A stretch of DNA of 64,000 nucleotides from Opitutia bacterium (GTDB lineage Bacteria; Verrucomicrobiota; Verrucomicrobiia; Opitutales; T3Sed10-336), in assembly GCA_050506795.1 (NCBI GenBank), contig JBJHCF010000004.1:1-64000 (forward strand). The letters run 5' to 3'. Position 1 is the stretch's first letter. Every line of letters begins with the position of its first letter. The notes beneath the pieces were generated by a model. That model was not told where the DNA came from. It worked only from the letters and a program-made list of their open reading frames with translations, and made no database searches. Shown here in pieces: positions 46,582 through 55,231 of the stretch. The position numbers were made by a program, and so were the translations under genes.

Positions 46582-47928
46582 TCAGCTCTCCTCCTGCCAA
46601 AGGTCCCGGTAGGAGCGCCGGGTGATGTTGAAGCTGGCCGATTCCCGACCTTCAACCGCTTTCAGCAGTTGTTGCGCGATTCCGGTCCAGGTGAAGAGGC
46701 TGCGAACCCGGTGAGAGCCGTTCCGGCTCAGACGGGAACGCAATGCCGGGTAGCGAATCGGCTTGAGAAGGGTGATTCCGAAGTCCTCTTTGTCGAAGGA
46801 ATCGGCGTACAGGGCATGCTCTCCGTAGGCCACCGCGCGGAAAAGTCCGCCGTGGACGGTGATCACCGTCGGCGTACCCGAGGCCATGGCTTCAATGGCG
46901 GTCATGCCGAAAGGCTCGTACCGGCTCGGCAGGGCGAAGACATCCGCGGCGCGGTAGAAGTCGGGCAAATCCTCGTCCGAAACCGAACCGGTGATGGAAA
47001 CCCGATTGGTCAGTCCGTAATCCTTGATCTTTTGTTTCAGTTCCTTGAGGAGGGCCGGAGGTTGATCGGGGTTTTCAACCCCGACGGCCAGGCGCAGGTG
47101 CGCTTCGTCGTTGCGTGAAGCCACCACGGAGAAGGCGTCGATCAGAAGGTCGAACCCCTTGTTCTCCGCCAGCCGTCCGACGCAGGCGATTGTTTTCGGC
47201 TTGAACCCCAGGCGTTCCTGGGCCGCTTTGCGGGTCGGTTCGCTCACCGGGAAGAAGCGATTGTCGTCATACCCGGGGGGGATCATGCGGATGTCCTCGG
47301 CCGGGACATGGTAGTCCGATATCAGCAGATCGTATTGCGGCGGAGTGGTGGCTATCAGGAGATCCGCCTCTTTGTAGAGTGTACTTTCGTGATGAATACG
47401 TCGGGCGAAGTTATACTTCTCCTCAAAAGTCTCCTTTTCATCGGGATGATCCGTTTCCATCTGGCGTTGCTTCCAGGTGCCGATGGAGTGAGGGGTGTGG
47501 ACATGAGGAATGTCGAGATCCTCGGCCAGGTGCTGACCGGCCAGACCGGCATCCCAGTAATGGCTGTTGATGAACTGGTAATCCAGCTTGTGGCGCTTGA
47601 TATAACGCAGGGCGTTCTCGGTCCACTCCGGCAGTTTGCGGTAGAGGTATTCCTTGGGGATGAAATCCGCCCCACCGCAGGCGGCACGAACCACTCGAAC
47701 GTCTTCATTGATTTCGTCGATTTCGGGCTGGTCCTCAAATCGGCGGGTCCAGATATCAACCTTGTATCCGAGCTGGGCGAGTTTTTTGGAGAGCTCGATG
47801 ACATACACCACCTGACCGCCCGTATCCGGCGCCCCAAGCGGTGGATGGGCGGCCACGTAACCATGGGTAGACACCATGGCGATGCGTTGTTTAACCGATT
47901 CTGTTCTGCGACGTTTTTTTTCTGGCAT
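46582..47928 (-). CDS. mfpsA: Mannosylfructose-phosphate synthase-like GT4 glycosyltransferase
   Basis: STHGYVAAHPPLGAPDTGGQVVYV, SHYWDAG, YEPFGMTAIEAMASG, SLFTWTGIAQQLL resemble Agrobacterium MfpsA as recalled. Confidence 0.8.
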   Translation of the reverse strand: MPEKKRRRTESVKQRIAMVSTHGYVAAHPPLGAPDTGGQVVYVIELSKKLAQLGYKVDIWTRRFEDQPEIDEINEDVRVVRAACGGADFIPKEYLYRKLPEWTENALRYIKRHKLDYQFINSHYWDAGLAGQHLAEDLDIPHVHTPHSIGTWKQRQMETDHPDEKETFEEKYNFARRIHHESTLYKEADLLIATTPPQYDLLISDYHVPAEDIRMIPPGYDDNRFFPVSEPTRKAAQERLGFKPKTIACVGRLAENKGFDLLIDAFSVVASRNDEAHLRLAVGVENPDQPPALLKELKQKIKDYGLTNRVSITGSVSDEDLPDFYRAADVFALPSRYEPFGMTAIEAMASGTPTVITVHGGLFRAVAYGEHALYADSFDKEDFGITLLKPIRYPALRSRLSRNGSHRVRSLFTWTGIAQQLLKAVEGRESASFNITRRSYRDLWQEES

Positions 47929-47961
47929 GGCGATTTTCAGTTTTGATCAGTTGAATCTTTC

Positions 47962-48618
47962 TCAGGAGTGATCCGATGCGGACGACTCCGCGCCCAAGCT
48001 ATCGGGATCGATACGCTGTTCCGGCGCTTCTTTGCGCAGGCTTTCATGCAGCGCCTCGGCGCCTTCCCCTCGAGTGCGCCGGAGGACCCGCTGAAAGATG
48101 ATATTGTTGGGAATCTGGAGGACGGCGTTATCGCTTTCCTGCAGGGTGGTGAACATCATTCCCAGGTGCAGCACCTTGCCTTTGGTCGGTTCGCCCACAA
48201 ATTCGATTCGATCCCCGATTTCGAATGGCCGGAATATCAGGATGAGCAGGGTGGCCGACAGGTTGCTGAGCATGCTCCAGACCGCGACAAAGCCGATCGC
48301 GATCATGGCCAGCACGGTCGAAATCAACGCCCAGATGCCGCCGATTTGAACCCCGAAGTTGTGCAGGACCAGAAGCAGAGCCAGCACGAAGACACCCCAT
48401 TTCACGAGGGCGCGCAAAGGGAGAATCAGGAATCCGGGAACCTTTCCTTTGCTTTGCAGGCGGTCCACTCCGCGCGAGAGGACGGCGGAGAGCGCCATTA
48501 CCACGGCGACGATTACCCCGGCGTAAACGAGTTGGAGCCAGAACCCGCCTCCTCCTTCAGCCGCGCCGGCGGCGGTTGCGATTCCCGGTACGATCAACGT
48601 TGGAAGTAGCCCGTTCAT
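47962..48618 (-). CDS. Small-conductance mechanosensitive channel, MscS family
   Basis: TM helices, LSNL.A...L.FRPFEIGDRI, IPNN. Confidence 0.88.
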   Translation of the reverse strand: MNGLLPTLIVPGIATAAGAAEGGGGFWLQLVYAGVIVAVVMALSAVLSRGVDRLQSKGKVPGFLILPLRALVKWGVFVLALLLVLHNFGVQIGGIWALISTVLAMIAIGFVAVWSMLSNLSATLLILIFRPFEIGDRIEFVGEPTKGKVLHLGMMFTTLQESDNAVLQIPNNIIFQRVLRRTRGEGAEALHESLRKEAPEQRIDPDSLGAESSASDHS

Positions 48619-48789
48619 ACGTCACATTGTATCCCTTTGGGGTCGGGGATTGGCAAACGCTAAATCCATTTCCCTGACCGTCCCCCGGGTTCCGGGGTGC
48701 TGGAACGCCCTCGACAGGCCTTTTCCATAAAAAAGCCAATTCGGTCTTGAATTTCAAGCCGAGTACACCTTAACTGAGGGTTCGGTATT

Positions 48790-48882
48790 GGAGAGATGGC
48801 TGAGTGGCCGAAAGCAGTGGTTTGCTAAACCGCCGTACCGCCAAAAGCGGTACCGAGGGTTCGAATCCCTCTCTCTCCGCCA
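48790..48882 (+). tRNA. tRNA-Ser(GCT)
   Basis: GGAGAGA acceptor stem, anticodon arm GTGGT-TTGCTAA-ACCGC, long variable arm, GGTTCGAATCC, 3' GCCA. Confidence 0.96.
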
Positions 48883-48920
48883 TTTGTGATGGGCTTTTGC
48901 CTTAGATTTGCCAAAATGGA

Positions 48921-50282
48921 ATGGCAAATCTGAGAAAAACCATGGCAAAACCTAAGTTCAAGATCACCCCGTTCACCAACCCCAGCGGCCAGCGCGTTTA
49001 CCGTCTGTCTGGCACGCTCAACGGCAAGAGGATCCGTGAGAATTATCCGACTCGCCCCGAAGCCGTTGCAAAGCGTCAGGAATATGAGGTCGAGTGGCTC
49101 AACGACCATCCCGAGGGCCGCACGATCTGGACCACCTTGACTCCTGAGGAGAATCGCGACGCGGTCACCGCAATGAATTCCCTCAAGATGAATGGCGCTC
49201 CCTACTCGCTCAGCTTCGCCGTCAGTTACTGCCTGGAGAACTACCGGCCGCCGGAACAGGAGAAATCGATCAGCGAGGCAGCGGACGAGTATGTCAAGAA
49301 GCGGGACCGCGACTGCGTTCGCGAATTCATCTCCCAGGCGCAATTTCGCTCGATCAAATCCGAGATGCTTTGGCTCAAGAGCAAGTTCGGGAGCACGCCG
49401 GTTTCGGCCATCACCGTGGAAAAATTCCGCGACTACCTCGAAACTCCGCGCAACCGGCCGCGCAGCCGTCTCGTGAAAAAGGAGGTCACCGCTCCCAAGA
49501 CCTGGAACAACCGTCGGGGCCTTCTCTCGACCTTCTGTCTGTTCTGCGTCGAGCGCGGTTACCTCGCGCAAAATACGATCGCGAAGGTTCCCCAATTCAA
49601 GATCAACGGTCGCAAGTCCATGGCGAAAACGCTAACCGTCGATCAGGTCAACGAGCTGATGGAATACCTCGAAGCCTATGACGGGTCACCTATCCGCCGC
49701 CTCAAGGAGCCCCAGCCCGCCGGCTTCCTGGTTCCCTTCTTTGCTCTCGCTCTCTTCGCCGGCATTCGTCCGGATGCGCTCTACGGCGAAATGGGTAAGC
49801 TCCAGCCGGAAGACATCGACCTGAACATGGGCGTTGTCCGGGTTCGGCCCGAAGTCTCGAAGACCAACGAAATGCGCGTGGTGGCCATTCAGCCAAATCT
49901 TCGGCTGTGGTTGGAGAAATATCCGGTGGAAAAGTTTCCGCTTCTCCCGGGAAAGAACATCGTTCGCATCCTCTCCGAGGTCCGCCAGGAACACAAGATC
50001 GGCCATGACGTTCTCCGGCACACTTACATTTCGATGCTGGTCGGCGCTTTTCGTTCGGTCGGCGACGCCGCGCTCCAAGCAGGCAATTCCGAGGCGGTGA
50101 TTCGCAAGCACTACCTCGATTTGAAGTCGGTGGAGGAGGCCGATCAGTTTTGGCAGATCATTCCTGCCGGGACTGAGCTTCCCAAGAACTTCAAGAAAAA
50201 GGACGGTCGATACGCCTTTTTCAACAAACCGGAGAAGGACTCCGAAGGCGCAGAAGAAGCTGAAGAGCTGGCGTCGGTCTAG
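48921..50282 (+). CDS. Tyrosine recombinase/integrase (alternative start 48942)
   Basis: FAGIRP (R), SKT (K), HDVLRHT (HxxR), GNS, KHY (Y). Confidence 0.92.
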   Translation: MANLRKTMAKPKFKITPFTNPSGQRVYRLSGTLNGKRIRENYPTRPEAVAKRQEYEVEWLNDHPEGRTIWTTLTPEENRDAVTAMNSLKMNGAPYSLSFAVSYCLENYRPPEQEKSISEAADEYVKKRDRDCVREFISQAQFRSIKSEMLWLKSKFGSTPVSAITVEKFRDYLETPRNRPRSRLVKKEVTAPKTWNNRRGLLSTFCLFCVERGYLAQNTIAKVPQFKINGRKSMAKTLTVDQVNELMEYLEAYDGSPIRRLKEPQPAGFLVPFFALALFAGIRPDALYGEMGKLQPEDIDLNMGVVRVRPEVSKTNEMRVVAIQPNLRLWLEKYPVEKFPLLPGKNIVRILSEVRQEHKIGHDVLRHTYISMLVGAFRSVGDAALQAGNSEAVIRKHYLDLKSVEEADQFWQIIPAGTELPKNFKKKDGRYAFFNKPEKDSEGAEEAEELASV

Positions 50283-50290
50283 GGATACAA

Positions 50291-50317
50291 GAGGGGCCGG
50301 TCATGCGCCGGCCTCTC
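50291..50317. terminator. Hairpin between convergent integrase and late operon
   Basis: GAGGGGCCGG-TCATGCG-CCGGCCTCTC. Confidence 0.5.
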
Positions 50318-50321
50318 GCTC

Positions 50322-50492
50322 CTACTTATCCAGCTCCTTCCTGATTCGAATGATGAGGTAAACGATCGTGGTGAGGCCTACGGCGATGCCGACGACCAGG
50401 TGAATGCGGTCGAGCATGACCGTTCCGACGGTGCCGAAGGCGCCGATCCAGACGGGGCGGTCGTGGAGGAGAAAGGCGAGTGCTTCTTTCAT
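50322..50492 (-). CDS. Small membrane protein, holin-like
   Basis: 56 aa MKEALAF...; hydrophobic helices with basic C-terminus; ATGA-coupled to the upstream gene. Confidence 0.55.
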   Translation of the reverse strand: MKEALAFLLHDRPVWIGAFGTVGTVMLDRIHLVVGIAVGLTTIVYLIIRIRKELDK

Positions 50493-50983
50493 GCGGTCGA
50501 CGTCGAGGGCGTTGGCTGAAAGAGTCCGATCCGGTAACCCCAGTAGAGGAAACCGGCTCCGGCGATGAGGATGAGGGCAACCGCCGGGAACCAGGTCTGG
50601 CCGAAGATCTGCGCGAGGATCGCCATGAGGATGCCGCCGAGGGCGAGCGTAAGGCCGGTTCGAAAGTGCCAGCCGGTGAGAAGGAGACCGCCGATCAGGG
50701 AGAGGCCGCCGAGGATTGTCCAAAGCGACAAGCCAGCAACCGAGGGAACCGCAACGGCGCGACTCTGGCCGGTGGATGTCGTGATTTCGATTTGGTCCCC
50801 TTTCCGTCGAAGCGTGACATGGGCGGGCGTCTCGGGATTGGCGGGCTGGAGCGTGGCCACGGTGGCCGCTGGAAGGCCGTTTGCATCGTGCAGAGTGACG
50901 GTGGCATGGCCTGGCGGCGTGGGCGCGGTCATGCAGCCGCTGAGGGTGGCGGCGAGGAGGAGGAAAAGGAACGCCGGTTTCAT
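50489..50983 (-). CDS. Lipoprotein with C-terminal transmembrane helices
   Basis: Lipobox LSGC, ~70-aa soluble part, then about 3 TM segments. Confidence 0.65.
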   Translation of the reverse strand: MKPAFLFLLLAATLSGCMTAPTPPGHATVTLHDANGLPAATVATLQPANPETPAHVTLRRKGDQIEITTSTGQSRAVAVPSVAGLSLWTILGGLSLIGGLLLTGWHFRTGLTLALGGILMAILAQIFGQTWFPAVALILIAGAGFLYWGYRIGLFQPTPSTSTA

Positions 50984-51071
50984 GCAACCAGCGTGGAGGT
51001 CGCCAGTTCCCCGGGCGAGCCGGAGAATTAGCTAAAATTGTGCATTTTTAACTACTGCGGCCCAAATGGAT

Positions 51072-51947
51072 TCAGAGTTCGTCAAGGGATTGCCTAAGGT
51101 GGCCCAATGTCTCAACTAGGCTTTCAATGCGGTTAAGATCTCGTTCCGAGAACCGCGCATCGTAGAGGGAATTACCGTCTGCCCCATCAATCCGAGTAAC
51201 CTCAACGGTTAAAACCAAATCGTCGCGATCCCGCGGAGCACTTGCCCACGGTCCGAACATGTTGGGTGAGAGCCTCCAATTGGCTGACTCGCCCGGTTCA
51301 AGTCCTCCCCGAATTGAGTAGTTAAAGGACTCGTCGACCCAAGGCACCGCTCTGCCTGGGGTGGCCAAGACCCCTTGGAAATATGCGCGAGAGATTGCAT
51401 GGCTTGTCTCATTCCGGACCGATAGCTCGATTACAGGATCACGAGTGAAGCCTGTCTCGCTGAATGAAAACCGAGCACTCTCGACAACAAAAGCACGTAA
51501 GCTCTGGCGATCGGACTCGGCTTTTTGCTTCTTCTCCTCCAATTGCTCAAGTTCATTGCGAATATCCTCAATCCTGCGCATGAGGCCCTCACGCTCACGC
51601 TGACGCCTTTCCTCAGCCCGCTGACGTTCGCGTTCGCGCTCTTCTTCGAGGATTCGTTCTCCGGCGGCTAAAATTTCGTCTACTGTTTTCCCGTCGAGGC
51701 GCTCACGCATCCGCTGCTCGGCTGACTCGGGGTTCGCGGCCAAGGAGAAGAGGTTCTCACCTTCAAAAGCAATTGCCAAGAGAGCTGCATCAAACTTCTC
51801 CTGCTCTTCCTCCGAAAGCGAGGCCTTAGCGCGTTCGAGGGAACGTTCCATTGCTGCCTCCGAAGAACCGTCGATGCGGCGAGAGTCACCGCACGCGGTT
51901 AACAGGCATAGTGAAATGAGGGGGCCAAGAAACAAAAGGATTCTCAT
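51072..51947 (-). CDS. Accessory lipoprotein (DUF6694-like N-terminus, coiled coil, beta-sandwich)
   Basis: Lipobox LTAC, IDGSSE..M..SL...LS.EEQEKF, long E/R-rich coil. Confidence 0.7.
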   Translation of the reverse strand: MRILLFLGPLISLCLLTACGDSRRIDGSSEAAMERSLERAKASLSEEEQEKFDAALLAIAFEGENLFSLAANPESAEQRMRERLDGKTVDEILAAGERILEEERERERQRAEERRQREREGLMRRIEDIRNELEQLEEKKQKAESDRQSLRAFVVESARFSFSETGFTRDPVIELSVRNETSHAISRAYFQGVLATPGRAVPWVDESFNYSIRGGLEPGESANWRLSPNMFGPWASAPRDRDDLVLTVEVTRIDGADGNSLYDARFSERDLNRIESLVETLGHLRQSLDEL

Positions 51948-52179
51948 CAGATGTTTGGATTCTGGTTAAGGGACCTACCATGCTCTCCGGATGACCGTCA
52001 AAGGAAAAGGGATCCATCAAGCTGGGGCGGCATCGCCGGGGCGGAGCCCTGGGAGATAGGAGGCGGAGCCGTGTCTCTGCGACCGGGGCCGATCGTCCTC
52101 GCCCGAATGCCGATGAGACCTTTGGCAGAAATCGCGCTGCCATGTTTCACCCCTTAGAAGCAAATTGCGGCTGTAAGGA

Positions 52180-53490
52180 TCAGGCGCGGCCGAGGGTGAC
52201 GTTGTCGTAGTAGAGCGGCGTGTTGGTCTGGATCAGCGAGCCGAGATGGATCGTGTCGAAGGGGCCGGGAGCGTAGGCGAGATTTGTTCCGTTTGGGTCG
52301 AGCTTTCCATCGACGTAAACGTCCAGGCTGCTGTGACGGATAATCACCTCGAACTGATGCCAGCCACGGGAGCGCGGGGCGTCGAGCTGGATCCACCCTG
52401 ATCCGCCAACGTTGCGGAATTGGTATTTCGGGAGGCTGTAAGTCCCGGCAGTGACGGTGTTGTGAAGGCCGGCGGCGAAGATCACGAAAGAGTTGTCGCG
52501 GCGAAGCTCGGCGTATTCGCGGCCGGACTTTGGGTCGCTGGAGTCGTAGGGATCGTAGAAGCGGAAGGACCATTTTAGCGGCGCAGCATCGGTTGCGGAG
52601 ATCGGGTCGAACTGGGTCTTGCGGAGGCCGCCGGAGGAGAAGAGAACCAGGTTACCGGTCGCGAGGTTTTGCGCCGTAGCGACAGGAGCGCCGTCGGCGG
52701 CGCCGTAAGGCGTGTAGCTACCGTCTGGTCGCCACCTTGGGAGAGTCCATCCAGAGGGGCCTTTGTCTCCTTTCTCGTAGGAGATGATGTAGCTGTTATC
52801 GGCGGGCTCGAACCACATGAAGATGTCGTCCCGGCGGAAGCTGGCTCGGTTGTTGAAGAGCCCGTTGTAGTCCCAGGTTCCGTTGCCCTCCTCGGGAGTG
52901 ATGAAGCCGGTGACTTCAAGTGTGCTTCCCGGATAGGCGTTCGGGTCACGATCGAGGATCGAGACCGGGTTTTGGTTGTGCCACGGTTGCGAAGGCTCGG
53001 TCTCGGGCCAGGCCGCGTTAAAGGTGACGGGATTGTCGAGGTCGTAGATCTGAAATGTTTCGAGGAAATGCGGCCAGCGGAGGTCGATCATATCAACCTC
53101 GGCGGACCAGAGCATCGTGTCGTCGGGTTCCCCAGTGACGTGGAGGGATAACGCGCCGGGTGCGTCAGGCGCGGGAATAAGCGAAACTTCGCCACCGCTC
53201 CCGACCGGGCCAAGCTTTTGCTGGGCGCTCAACGAGATCACACCGGCGTCGTTGCGGGCAAGAACGAGAATTGATGCTCCGTAGGTGGTCGTGAAGGCCT
53301 CCGTGCGACCGGTGACGCGGATGCTCAGCAAACGCACCGCCCCGGCCGGGATGGTGAGGCGGTGGCGACCGGAGATAAGGAGTTCGGTCGCCTCGGTGCC
53401 ATAGCTCACGCCATGGAACTGGATTGGTTTTGTGGGCGTGCTGGCGGGAACAACCTCGGGCGGGCGCGGTGGAATGAGCGGCGGGAACAT
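52180..53490 (-). CDS. Putative virion spike/receptor-binding protein
   Basis: 436 aa beta-rich modular protein downstream of capsid genes; C-terminal ConA/LamG-like GWHQFEV....LDVYVDGK; no signal peptide. Confidence 0.5.
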   Translation of the reverse strand: MFPPLIPPRPPEVVPASTPTKPIQFHGVSYGTEATELLISGRHRLTIPAGAVRLLSIRVTGRTEAFTTTYGASILVLARNDAGVISLSAQQKLGPVGSGGEVSLIPAPDAPGALSLHVTGEPDDTMLWSAEVDMIDLRWPHFLETFQIYDLDNPVTFNAAWPETEPSQPWHNQNPVSILDRDPNAYPGSTLEVTGFITPEEGNGTWDYNGLFNNRASFRRDDIFMWFEPADNSYIISYEKGDKGPSGWTLPRWRPDGSYTPYGAADGAPVATAQNLATGNLVLFSSGGLRKTQFDPISATDAAPLKWSFRFYDPYDSSDPKSGREYAELRRDNSFVIFAAGLHNTVTAGTYSLPKYQFRNVGGSGWIQLDAPRSRGWHQFEVIIRHSSLDVYVDGKLDPNGTNLAYAPGPFDTIHLGSLIQTNTPLYYDNVTLGRA

Positions 53491-53539
53491 TGGCGAGAAT
53501 TGGAGATTGGAAATTTGAGATTGAAGATCGTGTTCCGGG

Positions 53540-53833
53540 TCAGAGGAGTTGGGTGATTCGGAGAATCGCGTCGGCGGCTGTGGCGCGGATGAATCTGGCC
53601 TTGGTGTAGAGTTCCCGGGGCCAGAGCACTGCGCCTCCTCCGACCGGGAAGTAGTGGCCGTGATTGATGGTCGGCGTCGAGCCGTCGAAGGTCACGCGGA
53701 CGGGTCCGTTGTCGACGGAGACGAGAATTTGCCAGGTGTCCGAATGGAGGGCTGGCAACGCCACGGAGGCGCCCGACACCGCAACCGCGATGTCGGGGCC
53801 TTGTGGGTTTGGTTTAACCAGGTGGGCGCTCAT
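53540..53833 (-). CDS. Small beta-rich putative virion protein
   Basis: 97 aa MSAHLVKP...VRVTFDGSTPT..HG immediately after the capsid gene; start reassigned within the longer ORF call. Confidence 0.6.
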   Translation of the reverse strand: MSAHLVKPNPQGPDIAVAVSGASVALPALHSDTWQILVSVDNGPVRVTFDGSTPTINHGHYFPVGGGAVLWPRELYTKARFIRATAADAILRITQLL

Positions 53834-53844
53834 GGCAGGCAGGC

Positions 53845-54762
53845 TCAGGTGACGCTGACCCGGCGGGCGCAAACCTTGGAGGTTACCTTGATGTCTTCGG
53901 TCCAATCCACCGCGAGGATGTCCGAGCGGTTGCTTTCGGCGCGGTAGATCCGGACGATGTCCACTCCCCCGCCGCGGGTGCGGAAGGTTTTCATGAACGA
54001 GGGATCGTAGACGCTCGGCGCTGCCTGGGCGATGAACAGGTAAAGCTCCGAGCCGATGATGTTGACGGCGTTCTTCGCCTTGCCGGGCTTTGCCGTGTCG
54101 GCGGACATGACGCCGACGCGGATGTCCAGGTTCGGGTTGAGCAGAAGGCTCGCGAACTGGGTCAGGGTGACGCCGACGCTGGCCGCTCCCGGGAAGCGTT
54201 TCACCACGGCCGGGTTGTGCCGGATGCGGCGCCACGCCGGAAGACCGATCGCCATGCGATTGGGCATCTGGCCGGTCTGGGTGGCCAGCTCTTCGATGAG
54301 TTGGTCGAGCTCGGCGACCGGGTCGTTGGTGTTGCTCGCGCCGTCCCATTGCCCCATGCCGCTGACGGCGGGAACGCTGGAAGCGGCGATCGAAAAGACC
54401 TTCGCTTCGTGGGCGACCTTGGCCCCGGAAACGAGGGTCCGGGTCTTGGCCTTTTCGAGGCCGAGCGGGTCGCCTTCTCCCGCTTGCCGGCGCTCGTGGT
54501 CGTCAATGGCGATTTCGAGCGCGTTCGGGTTGCAGTTGAAGAACGGATCCTCGGCTTCGAACTCCAGCCGGCGGGCGGGACCGCCGATGGCGCGGCGCGT
54601 ATCCGGGTTCTGGAACGCGTTTTTGTCGGAGAAGTCCTTGTATTGCCCGTTGGCGGACTGGACAACGACTTCCGGCGCGAGGAAGCTGGCGAGGGACGGC
54701 GAGCCGTCCTGCGAGAGCCCTCGGGCGTAGTTGGTGAGGGTGATGTTGAATTTAGAGGACAT
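53845..54762 (-). CDS. Major capsid protein (HK97 fold)
   Basis: 305 aa; LTNYARG..LAPEV.V, WD....DP, PNRMAIG..AW..IRHNP; position after protease and decoration genes. Confidence 0.8.
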   Translation of the reverse strand: MSSKFNITLTNYARGLSQDGSPSLASFLAPEVVVQSANGQYKDFSDKNAFQNPDTRRAIGGPARRLEFEAEDPFFNCNPNALEIAIDDHERRQAGEGDPLGLEKAKTRTLVSGAKVAHEAKVFSIAASSVPAVSGMGQWDGASNTNDPVAELDQLIEELATQTGQMPNRMAIGLPAWRRIRHNPAVVKRFPGAASVGVTLTQFASLLLNPNLDIRVGVMSADTAKPGKAKNAVNIIGSELYLFIAQAAPSVYDPSFMKTFRTRGGGVDIVRIYRAESNRSDILAVDWTEDIKVTSKVCARRVSVT

Positions 54763-54814
54763 AGCTGTGGAATTTCAGATTTGAGATCGGAGATTGGAAA
54801 CGAGTGGTTGCGGG

Positions 54815-55213
54815 TTACGGTGCGATGAGGACGGCCTCGATCTTCTCTTCGGCGACACCGCCCTCCAGCGCCATGGCAACGCGTGGCGTGGTCGGTGCGT
54901 CGCTGCTGGCGACGAAGGCAACTTCGTCGTTGTCTTCGAAAAGACCGAGAAGCGTGCCGGTCTGGGTGACCGGGCCGAAGAGCTTCACGCGGACGGTTCC
55001 GGAGAAGCCTCCCCGCGCCGGGGCGACGGTGACTTGCTCACCGGCTTTCCCGCCTTTGAGAAGGACGCCAAACGGCGTCTGCTCGGCGTTGGTCAGAAGA
55101 GTGATCTCGTTCTGACCGGTGACGATGACTGGATAGCCCTCCTTGCCGGTAAGATCGATGGCTGCCTTGAATGGCAGGATAGCGTTTTCGCGAACAATGC
55201 CTACTTGGCTCAT
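54815..55213 (-). CDS. Capsid decoration/cement protein
   Basis: 132 aa; A..DL..K.GY.V, FGVL...G.AGE.V.V, A.ALE......IEA.L. Confidence 0.7.
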   Translation of the reverse strand: MSQVGIVRENAILPFKAAIDLTGKEGYPVIVTGQNEITLLTNAEQTPFGVLLKGGKAGEQVTVAPARGGFSGTVRVKLFGPVTQTGTLLGLFEDNDEVAFVASSDAPTTPRVAMALEGGVAEEKIEAVLIAP

Positions 55214-55231
55214 AGCTGTGGATTCCTTTCT

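Noticed and set aside
53834..54349. N-terminal extension of the 269-aa ORF call (53540-54349)
   Set aside because: Overlaps MCP in another frame with Arg/Pro-rich junk; the real gene likely starts at 53833. A programmed frameshift fusion cannot be excluded, but I saw no slippery site.
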